A stretch of DNA of 63,787 nucleotides, the filler included, from Phoronis australis (Eukaryota > Animalia > Phoronida): the NCBI GenBank assembly GCA_002633005.1. It is 8 parts of 8 records of this genome, joined end to end, with 100 filler letters (N's around TTAATTAATTAA, not from the genome) between each part and the next. Parts side by side here need not be neighbours in the genome. Positions count along the whole stretch, not along the records: positions 47,548 to 55,566 come from NMRA01001946.1; positions 55,667 to 61,104 come from NMRA01001632.1; positions 61,205 to 63,787 come from NMRA01001285.1; 5 more parts are not named here. One strand, written 5' to 3'. The notes beneath the pieces are model-generated. The model was not told where the DNA came from. It searched no databases and saw nothing but the letters and a program-made list of their open reading frames with translations. The position numbers and the translations under genes were made by a program. The first letter of the stretch is position 1. Every line of letters starts with the position of its first letter. Shown here piece after piece: positions 53,038 through 63,787 of this stretch.

Positions 53038-54739
53038 TAAGCTGCTGTAGTAGCAAAGTGATAGAAAATTCAAACTTGGAGGCAATTACAAAACGACGAA
53101 CAATCCATGTTCACCACTGTGGGGGCTTTGTATCTTAAGCCTAAGAATCCAAACGCAGATGCCAAATGGTCAAAATATGTCAATTCTCTTAAACTATTTG
53201 GCTTAACAAAATTAAATACCAACTTCCCCTGCAGCAAAATCAAAACTAGGTTACTGCGAGGAGTCATAACAGGTAATGGGGAACACTGAATCAGCCTTCC
53301 TTTTCATACAGCTATGCATGACCATAATGTCCCTTTCTACAGTACATAGGAAGGAAACAATTAACAGTTTATGGTCCAATTTAAAAGTGTTTAAAGGAAA
53401 TGAGCTGCAACTTTAGGTGGCACTTAATTAAGGAAAGATTTTATGGTAAGTAATTAATAACTCCAATACTAATTCGTAAACATACAGCAATTCAATTATT
53501 CTTACAATCCATAGAAACTAGAAAATCTGTTTTAAAAGTGGTGTTACTTTTATAATGACGAAGGTTTATTCAATTACTAGTTGAAATCAAACGGCTCTCT
53601 TCACAAACCGAGTGAGGAACCGGAAGTGTTTATTTACATCCTGTAAATGTCGGCTATTTATATGAAATCTAACATTTTGAATACATACTCAACACCTCTG
53701 TCAAACTACGTTTGTATTTCTTTAGACAGTTATGTGATTCGTGACCTTATTTCGATAATATTTCACACAACATACAAGCAAAACAAAAACCCTACCTTCG
53801 GGGCGAGGTTTGAGTGCTCAACAGCTACAATGACGTCACGTTCTCTGAACTAAACATTTTACGGGAGATCTAGTATTCTTAAAAATGTATTTACTTTTAT
53901 GTTAATCTTTTTGTTAAAACAATGACAGTTCTTGTCTTAAATCAAAAATTAGAAAAATATTAACAGTAATAACTATAACTCTTCATTTCTCAGACTTCAA
54001 GCGAATAATCTATAACACATTTGTGATTTCATATGCTCTCCCTATAAATAAAATTTCAAATCCAAGTCGCGCACGCGCACCTGCTAGTTTCCGGTTTGTT
54101 TTAATGCAGGACAGAGCGTGTGTTTCCTTTCTAAAATTGTAATATTTCTTTCAACGTTTTGACAATTATTCAAGGTTTCTATTTTTTATTCCCTGTTTTC
54201 AAATTTTGTCATCAACTGAAAAGCTTTCGCGCCTGCTCCTGAATTAAACGACCAGCGAAACTCTACTTCCTACACAGTTGATCTTATTTGATTGTGAGAA
54301 ACGCTGGTTTCTTGCGAAGTGATGAGAAACCGTGGCGAATTTTCTATAGATATAGAAAATTGTGAGCCTTATGTCTCGAGATCAAAGTTGGATATGATGA
54401 TGTTGAACGGATATCTCAGATGGGCTTCTGGTGAAAGCCAGAAAGCTAATCTTTGATGATTTCTCTTTCCTGATCCAACACCAGTCAAAACGCGATAAAC
54501 TCCCAGGCGTCCTTAGGCAATGACCATCGCCTCTGTTGGCCCGAAGCAGAGGCGATGTAGAGGCTATAGGCGCTCTGTACGCCGGAAGCTTTTCGGCGAA
54601 TTATGCCTCGCACCGACTAAACCATCAAAGTCACGTTGTTACAAATACCTTTTGCGCATAGAGGAACACCTTAGGAGGTTGTCGATGTGTTTAATTCCTT
54701 CCAACTCGAACAAATACTCCCGTTATNTATGAGAGCGAA

Positions 54740-55566
54740 AAAAAAAAAAACAAAAGTGCCCCTGGGAGGTGCCACAGCTGTCAAAGTCATCAGATAATTG
54801 CTTTCAATGGTCCACTTGCACTAAGAACATAAATGCCCAGTTTCACAATCGTCCTTAGAGTGGTTTGGTAGAGGGGCAGATGCCAAAAACAGACTAGAAA
54901 ACAGTAAAAATGGCCACTAGATGGTGCAAAAGGAACTTCAGAGAAATGGAGGAAAAAAGAAAAAAGAAAACGAATTGTCACTGGGGGGCACAGCATACGT
55001 CGGATCCGTCTGAAAGTTGTCATTTTTCCTTATCAACTTCATATGAATACAATAGCTAAATTTAATAAAGATCGTACAGTGGGTTCAGGAGATACGGCTA
55101 TGGGCACAAAAAATGCCATTTGGAGGTGCCACAGTAGTTGAAGTGGTCATTCTCAGCAGTCCTCTTCAGTAACACTAAGAATATATATACAAATATTCAC
55201 AATCATCCTGGTTCATTTGATAGAGGGGCAAATGACAAGAAAAAGACAAAAGCAAAAACTGGCCACTAGGTGGTGCAAAATAACTCGAATCCATCCGATA
55301 ATGGGAGGACTGGATAGTGTCACCTCCCCAATAAGTGCTTATATTCCAAATTTTATGAAAATTGTTGATGACCTTTGAATGTATACAGGTAAACGTAAAA
55401 AAAATAAAATTGCCATTAGGGGGCTCACCGGTAGTCGGAAAGTTGTAATCCATTGTCAACATCATATAAATACACTAAATTTAGTAAAGATTCTGCATAG
55501 TTTGGAGGACATACAGCAATGGGCACAAAAAAAAACAACTGCAACTATGAGGCAACACAGTAGAGG
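54740..55566 (+). repeat. Degenerate tandem array (about 150-180-bp units); related units at about 49850-50420
   Basis: Recurring GGAGGTGCCACAG, AGAGGGGCA.ATG, GGCCACTAG.TGGTGCAAAA and TAAATTTA.TAAAGAT blocks. Confidence 0.6.
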
Positions 55567-55758
55567 NNNNNNNNNNNNNNNNNNNNNNNNNNNNNNNNNN
55601 NNNNNNNNNNTTAATTAATTAANNNNNNNNNNNNNNNNNNNNNNNNNNNNNNNNNNNNNNNNNNNNAATGGGGATAAAAAAGTATCATTTTCCAAAAATA
55701 ATCAGTAAGTCACAGGTCTTGGACATTCCGTCTCGGTTTCTGAGTCACCGTATCTTAC

Positions 55759-56091
55759 CTCACGTGTGGATGAGAGTTATTCGTACACAACGTTTCGTAG
55801 GACAACACAACAACGAGGCAACGACATGACTTGGGGTCACCAACAATGCTGGAGAGGAGGTAATATGAAGACAAACATTGGGGAGCTTGCGTATGGTAAA
55901 CGAACTTGACTTGAAGAGAGCGATCTTTTGCTGTTCCATTAACTAGGATCGGTGGAGACCGATGTTTGGTGGTATTTGCTGTTCCATTGATTTTGGTCTG
56001 TGGGGACTCTATCGATATATAGTTTAGCTGATAGAGGAACCCGAGTAGAAATAAAACAGCCATCACTAACGTTCCAATTGCAAAACCATCA
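55759..56091 (-). CDS. Candidate internal exon of a type II membrane protein
   Basis: Acceptor tcttctttctcttgttgcag|, donor GTGAG|gtaaga; 333 nt, open, phase 2-2; encodes TM-like GFAIGTLVMAVLFLLGFLY then NGT/NTT/NGT sequons. Confidence 0.42.
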
Positions 56092-56849
56092 CTGCAACAA
56101 GAGAAAGAAGACATTGTCTTACTGAAACTTTCTATAAATGCGGCATCCATGCCTATGCATGAGTGTGTGAGTGTACGCGTGTGTGTTCGCGGGTATGCGT
56201 GCGCGTATGCGTGTGGTTGTGCGAAGTAAAGTGAATTTGAAACCATTTGACATAGTCAAATGGACAAAATTTACGTTTTAAACGGTGATTGACTATGAAC
56301 AAACACGTAAATACGTAGAAATTGAATATAAAAGTGCCAAACGACACTTCCTCTGTTCCAAAATAATACATTGATGCCATTTAAAGCAAGAAAAGGAAGA
56401 AATTATATGACGAGAATTCCCGCGAATAGGCCCATGGCCTTAGCTATGTTTGGAAAATTTTCTTTAGAGGCCAAAATTGCAGGGTTGACCAGCGAGCGTC
56501 AAACAAAAACAAAGATTTAAGGGGAAGAGGACATGTATCTATGACAGGTACCATGAACTCTGTCACTCAAACAAACCGGTCCCCATTCCATGTCGTTGTC
56601 GTTGGCACACTGAGAGAGGGCCCAATGTTGGACATGATTACCTGATTCTTTTTGTGAAATCGTCAACCGAGTATAATGTTGAAGAAGGTCACTTCCTGCA
56701 CCGTCTTGTAACCACACGACGGTGGAATGAACTGTCACTCTTTTTTCCAAGCTTAATGATGTTTAGCCTTTCATAATCAAGGTGTCCCATTTCAGACGGG
56801 ACCATCTCTCGGTGGAGCAGTTGGGGGGAAATGTACCTTTGTCTATCTA

Positions 56850-59640
56850 TACATGTAAATCCGACACTGCCTAATGTTCACGAAGGAAGTTGTGATTCCA
56901 GTTTCATCAAAAAAAACACAAAAAATTCGTGCACAGCACAACAGTATCAAGACATTCGACCCAAACAACCAAAAAAGTGAACAAATACAATAGGCGTGAC
57001 CGCCATCGAAAGGGATTCAGGAATTTTAAACAACGTGAAGACCGCTATTTGTTAATTACACAAAAGGACTATTTCCGTTGGTTAGTTATAGAATATAACA
57101 AATTATACAAATTACACGTAAACAAATATCTCAGGGGTTTTTTTTAGGTCAAGTTAAACTCGTGAACCGTTATAGGTACCTCGGAAAGGAGCAAAAATGC
57201 ACCTTACTATGAATGCCCAATCTCCGATTTCCCCCGGTTACCCGTAAAAATCTGTGAGCATGCCCGCGGAAATTGCTTGTAACATTCCGTTTTAATCAAA
57301 GAATTTGTTGGTTTCTGATTTACATGTTTATCTATCTACGAAAACCGACAGGTTAAAGGGGGATTTTTGGTAATTAGAAGCTAATCTTTTAAGTAACGAT
57401 GACGATTTAGGGAATTTAGTTGAAGCCTGGATATGGAAAAAACTATAATCCGATCCCAAAATAGTAAAGTGCACTTGGACGCTTCTTGCCTATCTAAAAT
57501 AACCCTCAAAGACATTGATGAAATTTGGACACTTCCCAAAAATTTACTTGGAATTCAAATGACAATAAATGCTTTGCTTTTTGACATTGGTACAAGATTT
57601 GTTGTTTAAATTCAATAACAGGGGATCAAAAAAGAATTAAGTCATTAAATCAAGGTAGATGGATTGCTCATGGATTTGATTGTTGGTTTCTGATTTACGT
57701 GTTTATTTATCTTCGAAAGTGGACTGATTGAGAGATGATTTTTGACAATTAGAAGCTAATCTTGTAAGAAATGACAATGTTTCAATAAATTTAATTGCAG
57801 GCCGACATTGGGAAAATTCGATCTATCATCAGATCCCCAAATATAAAAGTCTAAACGATTTTTGACTATCTGAAATAAATTCTCAAGGAAATTGGTGAAT
57901 TTCGGAAAGCTCATTGAATGTGTCCTTATATGTTCTCAAATGACAATAAATTGTTTATTGGCTTAGGAACTAGATTACTGGGTTTAGTTTACAAACCGTA
58001 GATCGAAAACGAAGTTTAAGTACTTAAATAAATAAACTCAAACTTATTGGTCATCAACTTGGAAAGGTTGTCTTTGATTTCCTTGATGTTTTTGGTTTCC
58101 AGTAGTATTGCGCAGTGAATTTTTGTTCTTCAAAACTGAATCATAAGCTTGCATATTACACACACGGCATGCACGCACCCAGTCTTAAATATAGGGGGGG
58201 GCTCGAATTTTTGACGATGTGGACCTTTTACTAAAGAAAAAACAAATACGGGGTTCGTTCATGGCTATAAATTGCGCATACGCCGAATCCTGCCTTTTTA
58301 GGGTACTCAGCAGTAAAATTCTAGCAAATAGGTCTAATACTGAAAATTAAAATCCTTTAATGCGAGAAAATAGCTCTTGGAAATGCCATATCGTCTTTGA
58401 CGTGAATAATTCCCAAGAAAGAATTTTTGGATACAATTCTATTTAACAGTCTTAACTCGAGCCATCTATCTTTCAAATATTTTTGGAATAAGAAATGGGC
58501 AAGATAGGCTTTATGTCTTTCCAGTTACAATTTTCATCCAAAAATAATTCAGATGACTGTTTCAATTCTGAAAAAGTTAAAACGTCCACAAATATGACAA
58601 CCTCACGCACTTTTCCAAAGTTCGCCTTAAAAAGTAAGGAATACAGGCAAGTAGACATCAATATTTTGACTTTTGAAAATAGAGCATTTATTATTTGCGC
58701 AGTAAAGAACATATGCTGTTATATTTCAAACAGCTGTTCAAATAACGTACGTACAGATGAAAATGTTTTGCTTTTCAGACACGTTCAAGACCAAACGTAT
58801 ACTTAAAAGTACAATAATCACAATTACTAATGATTCACTTACATGACTAAAATACTATTACCCCTTTTCGCAAAAAGCAGGTCCTGGCGATCAATCGCAG
58901 ATCTCGCACATTGACACCTATCATCAAAGGGAAAACATTTTTTCTCATCATTAAAAGACATAAAGTTGGCATTCAGTCGATTACTCAAATCTGATCTAAG
59001 GTCAAGGTAAGCTGGACGTCGTCTTTGACAACGCCACATTGGCACTGGTTACAAATTCGATCCTCTTATCTCGAACCGCAATACCTACCTAGCCAGTGGC
59101 GGATCTACGTTTTCAGTAAGGGGGTTTAGAATTCGCGCAAAGGTCGAATCCTAGGCGCGTGTTTTTGTAGCCAAATATTGATATTTCTATACATCCTGGT
59201 AAGTTTCTGGCACTTAACATGTCTCTGGAGTTGTTTAAAGATAATTTAAAACCCTTCTCGATTTCATCACATGAACTTGGCTCATAAGTTTCGTAAAACC
59301 ATATTGTGCACATCTGGGTATGAGTCACGCCTCCAGCAAAAATGTTTGTTGGAACATCTGCTTACACACACCTTTTTAGCATACAAAAAAGTGGGGTGTG
59401 TATACAGAGGCTTAGACAACTTCCAAATATTCAAGAGCATAAGGAGCATCGACGGGGCGTAAAAGCTTGAATATCAGATGATCGCGTAACAGCAGCCTCA
59501 AGTTGTTTAGGAACGAAGACCTGTACTGTTAATCCGGAAATAAACATGTCTTCTGTCTCGTTACGAGAAAAACTGGCGAACGATGGTGCTCTCAGCTCAA
59601 AGTATATTATTAAAAGCGATAATAAATAATTAAGAATCAC
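56850..59640 (-). pseudogene. Decayed intronless LDLa-LRR-GPCR (GRL101/RXFP-like LGR) pseudogene, truncated after TM2
   Basis: In order on minus: signal-peptide-like (V)ILNYLLSLLIIYF; LDLa relics WRRDSYPD and WRC...DLRSD...NDEKKC; LRRNT-like CFPFDDRCQCARSAID; LRR relics TFSELKQSSELFLDEN, DTFNELSE, YLDL, LNLNN, LQAISAGML; TM1-like LFGSNVLILL; TM2-like AVSDL. Many stops and frameshifts; MITE inserted at about 58168. Confidence 0.6.
57305..58030. repeat. Diverged tandem duplication, period 375 bp
   Basis: TTGTTGGTTTCTGATTTAC at 57305 and 57680; AATTAGAAGCTAATCTT and TCAAATGACAATAAAT also repeated. Confidence 0.85.
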
Positions 59641-59739
59641 TTTATTAAGCTGAATCGCGTTGACAATTGAAAAACGTCAAATGTATCAGGAAACAAATCA
59701 TCTGAAAACAGTTTCACGAAACCAAAACATCCTGTGCAC

Positions 59740-60600
59740 AGTGGTGAAAAGATATACTGGACCAGTTAGCAGAGGGACCAGATGTACACTGAGAGTACAC
59801 AAAAAGGCTGACCTGGTCCGTCACGAGACCAAGAGTACACCTGTGCTTATTATCCCTATAAAAATAGTTGATCTGTCGCGGGACCAAACAGCACTGGCTG
59901 AGATAAATAGTTTTACAAAGCACACTTTGGTAAAAAATCACAAGACTAGTTCGCCGAGGTACTATATGAAACTCAAATCAAATTGGCCTGGTCCGCCGCG
60001 AGACCTAAAGTGTACTAGGCAAAAAATTTTGGATTGAAAACTTCTCTTTAGATAGTTTTTAACCCCCAGTGGTTACTCATACGTTAGTCCTATCCTTCTG
60101 TTGTCTAGACTGCCGAGGAATCTGTATATCGGATCCAACGGTTTGCTCGTCTTGGAACCATTCTACCCAGATATCTTCGATGTTTGTTCCCAACGCTTAC
60201 ACTTCGTCAACTGCTGTGTAAATGAGCTTGTAGGCCTCTACAATGTCAGCATCTCGTTTCTCAGCTCAGTTGACACTAAGNCCTTGACGATGTATCCCAG
60301 GACCTATTTGCATCACTTGCAATTTTCTAAATAAACGTCCCAATGTCTGAACGCTTGAAACTCGAAGTACTAACATCAAATAAATGCCCATGGGCATGAA
60401 CGTTTCATCGGGTGGGCCTTTCTGCGGAAATTCCTAAAATAGAAGACGGCAGTGTGTGCTTATTGCAGGTAGAGAGAAGGTAGGTGTTGAGGTCGGAACT
60501 AGGGCTCCTTAGGAGACCTATTGAACATCGCACGAGTCTCGCAAGACTTTGTTGTGAAAGAACATCCTCCTCGGAATTTCTGGTACTGTACACTGTTCGC
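59740..60600 (-). mobile_element. hAT transposon remnant (ZMYM1/THAP12-type transposase fragment plus subterminal repeats)
   Basis: Minus-strand DADIVEAY...IWVEW...IPRQSRQQKDRTN and a CETR-like motif; repeated GGTCCG.C.CGAGACC units at 59815-60005. Confidence 0.6.
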
Positions 60601-63003
60601 GAATGCGGTCACTTTGTCAATGTGAGTGCCCCCTTGGTCATTCCTTGTTTTAAAATATTACAAGTACATGTATACTGTATGATATTGTGCAAGACAACTT
60701 TACTGTAGGCCTACATTAGTCAGATTCGAGTTACAAACGTGTGGAGTGTAATAGAATGACACGGCATGACAGATGAGGTAAAAACGTTGCACGTCAATTC
60801 GCCTGATTATCAGGGTTGCGGCACCACAGTAATTCCCCTAATCAAATCAAAACATATATTAGAGTAAATAAGCTAGTTACCTAAAGAAATCAGCTATAGA
60901 ACTGCTCTTTCAGCGGTGGATCCATCTAAAATGCGTGGCTACTTCAGAAGTGTCGACGGAAACGCGCGCACAATTGATCTCCGCGTGTTTTGCCGATGAG
61001 CCACGAGGACTCGGCAATTTACAGTGCAAAAAATATTTTTTCAGAGTGAACTCCCCCTCAAAACTTTCCAAGTTGGTTTACTTGGGGCTTGCACACGCTG
61101 GCGGNNNNNNNNNNNNNNNNNNNNNNNNNNNNNNNNNNNNNNNNNNNNTTAATTAATTAANNNNNNNNNNNNNNNNNNNNNNNNNNNNNNNNNNNNNNNN
61201 NNNNGGTAGGTGGATACACAAAAAAAAAATTTTGACTGTTTTTTACATTTTTATGTCATCGTAATCTTTAATTCTTGATGCACAGTATACTGAAGAAAAA
61301 TAAAATCATTCTGAAAATTGAAAAGTTGTTTTTTTAGCTATATTTGACCAAGCCTCAGTAAGTCGTATGGCCTGAGTGCTCACCAGCTCAGTGATTGACA
61401 ACTGGGGTGGAGCTTATATACAATGACACTAGCTCTAATCTAACCCTGTCAACAAGCATTGCGTAACCGGGCAATCGAGAGTGCTGTACCAGCTGATATT
61501 GGTGTTGTAGCAAGACCAAGAATAAAATAATTCTATTTTGACCATGTGAAAGTTGGTAGTGAAATGGTGAACTAGCTTCTGTTCCGAGCCTGAGCCTGTT
61601 TGTGTATCTGCAAAGTACGCCAAGTCCTACCGAAGCCATCACTGCACTCAGCTTGAGGAGTCAGTGCAGAAATTGTGCATGTATAAGAGAAGTCGGTAAT
61701 ATAAGGTCAGGTGTCTTGCGAGAGGACGCTGAGTGTCGACGTGGGTGGTGTTGCACGATTCGGTGAGAGTGCATGCACGCGCTGTGAAGACAAGCCGCGC
61801 GCGCGACATATTAACAACTACATGCCGTCAGAGTAGAGTCTTCGCAGATAAACCGTGCTTCTGAGCTGGGAACGCGCCGTGGAGAACCTAAGCTAACAAA
61901 CCAAGAGGATTTTTAACTTGCCACTGGCCGTAACCCAAAGAAGTGACGCAGTGTTCAAAATAACAAAAATTTTCTAGTGCATAGATTCAAATGTAACCCT
62001 GAATTAAAACTCATGATATTATACGATTCTAGAGGAAAGCAATATAAGAAACTTTAGTAACTTGAGAATCTCACCGAAGCGAACCTATTTGCGCAGAAAG
62101 TGATATTTTCTTACCCCAATGTCCATTCGGTACAGGCACGTAAAAATGTTGAACCATTACTATGAAAGTAGTTCTTTATCCTCGTCGCCAATAGACAGTA
62201 ACGCGTCGATTTGATATAACACATATATTGGTTGATGATAATATTGGAATACTAACAAATAGGTCTGTGTCATATAGAGTGTCATTTACTATACTGAGTG
62301 GAGAGTTCAGATGAATCGTATAAACAATTAACACATGGTTTTAATGTGTGGTCGGCACACCAGTACAGCAGACAATAGATCAACGCTAAGCTCCACCCAC
62401 GTGACAGCCATACTTGTTTTGGTCGTCTGTCGTGCTTCACAATTTCGAAAAAAAAATTGCGCTGTAAACAAACAGGTATGTCACATTTTCTAAACATGAA
62501 GTAAGTATAAGCTTTATTTCTAGTACTTCAACAAAAATTGGAACATAATGACCGCGCATTCTGAACGAAATTTGATCTCAAGTGGATTCAAGGGCATGGA
62601 GTCTTCTACATGTCCATGTTATTATTTTTAGTTTTCTCGCGGGGGCAGCTTCGCTATAAGGGTGCAACTTACTGCTGGTTTTTCACAAGAAGGAAATGTA
62701 CCTCCACGGAAACAGTTCCAGTGTTACCATGGTAACAGATATTGCAGTGTCGGTGCCGTTTTTACTGACACTGGTCATGAACCTATCATGTGATATCAAA
62801 AGTGTTCAGAAACGATTCTGTTTGAAGCAGAAACTGGAGTAGAAAATTTGGTCAAAAATGACTCATTGGCACACCAAGAAATTGCCTCATTTTGCCCCCA
62901 AGAACACTTCCCTTGTATCTCCTAAACCACAAAAATTGGGTGGTGTCGTACTTCACCCAATTTCTCTCATCCCTAATATGATTTATCAGACTAAACATGG
63001 TTC

Positions 63004-63222
63004 TGAATGGCTGACCCCCCACCTTGCCGCTTGTTGGCTGTACAGTGGTCGGTGGATCCGTGGACTGATACTTAAGGGGGGAGTAAAGGTTGGGTGGTGT
63101 TTTTTTTATCATTCTTCTATTTAGGGAGGGGAGGAATGTTGTGAATGATCTGAATGGCTAACCCCCCACCTTGCCGCTTGTTGGCTGTACAGTGGTCGGT
63201 GGATCCGTGGACTGATACTTAA
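63004..63222 (+). repeat. Near-perfect direct repeat of about 72 bp
   Basis: TGAATGGCT.ACCCCCCACCTTGCCGCTTGTTGGCTGTACAGTGGTCGGTGGATCCGTGGACTGATACTTAA at 63004 and 63152. Confidence 0.92.
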
Positions 63223-63787
63223 CTTTTTAACCTGTCCAGTAAAAGTACATAGCCCTGCATGTACATGTATCTTACAGACGTTTTGTCCTGTTAGCTACTG
63301 TTCCCTTGACGGGTATTTCAGTATTATCTGATGTAGGTTGACCTGTACGACCACGTAAGTGCCGGCACTTCGGCTAGTCTCGAGCCAATCCCATAAAGCC
63401 AGCACTGACGCAGAGAGTTTTCATTAGAGAGAGAAACATTGTGTTGGATTGGTGGAAATGACTGCAGCACCAAGATGCGAGCCTTTTGCTGAACCGTCTA
63501 CGTGACAGTCTATTATAGATAGTAAATACCCACCCAACAAACATGATTTGCAATGAAATAGCCGTGGGTCTGTATTTTTGTTAGATGCAAGAAAAACTGT
63601 TGCTGTCCCCTTAATAGCTTGTTAGTGTGCACAATAGTCTGTAGTTGGCTACAGCCATACGTTTAGCAACACTGTACAGAGCCTGTTGCTGTAGTACGCA
63701 TTTTCACCACTTTAGGTTTGCACTTTCGGGACTTCGTAACGGTAATTTTTCTTCGTTTGTCGTAACTTCACAATTTCGCTTGCATTC

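Noticed and set aside
29906-61204. Recurrent TTAATTAATTAA motif and ORFs spanning N runs (e.g. 48533-49384)
   Set aside because: Assembly linker and gap artefacts.

Overview
Repeat-rich, AT-rich animal genomic DNA from a gapped draft assembly. GT-AG exons, degenerate TTAGGG repeats and the TE/gene families point to a non-arthropod invertebrate (inference). Host-gene content is sparse: one 1.3-kb ARM-repeat exon (minus, 3762-5060), a decayed intronless LDLa-LRR-7TM (GRL101/RXFP-like) receptor pseudogene (minus, about 56850-59640) and two weaker isolated exons. The rest is a TE graveyard. It includes a >1 kb perfect (CAG)n tract, a tandem segmental duplication (about 6955-16185 vs 19880-25865) whose copies differ by nested insertions, and a Sola2-like transposon with a nested Kolobok/THAP element. 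There are also ISL2EU-like, hAT, Penelope, L2/CR1 and L1/Tx1 remnants, many MITEs, and an unusual two-module foldback element with a perfect target-site duplication (43739-45848). I found no intact novel multi-gene system; the best leads are structural. All family assignments come from motif recognition by eye, not from database searches.
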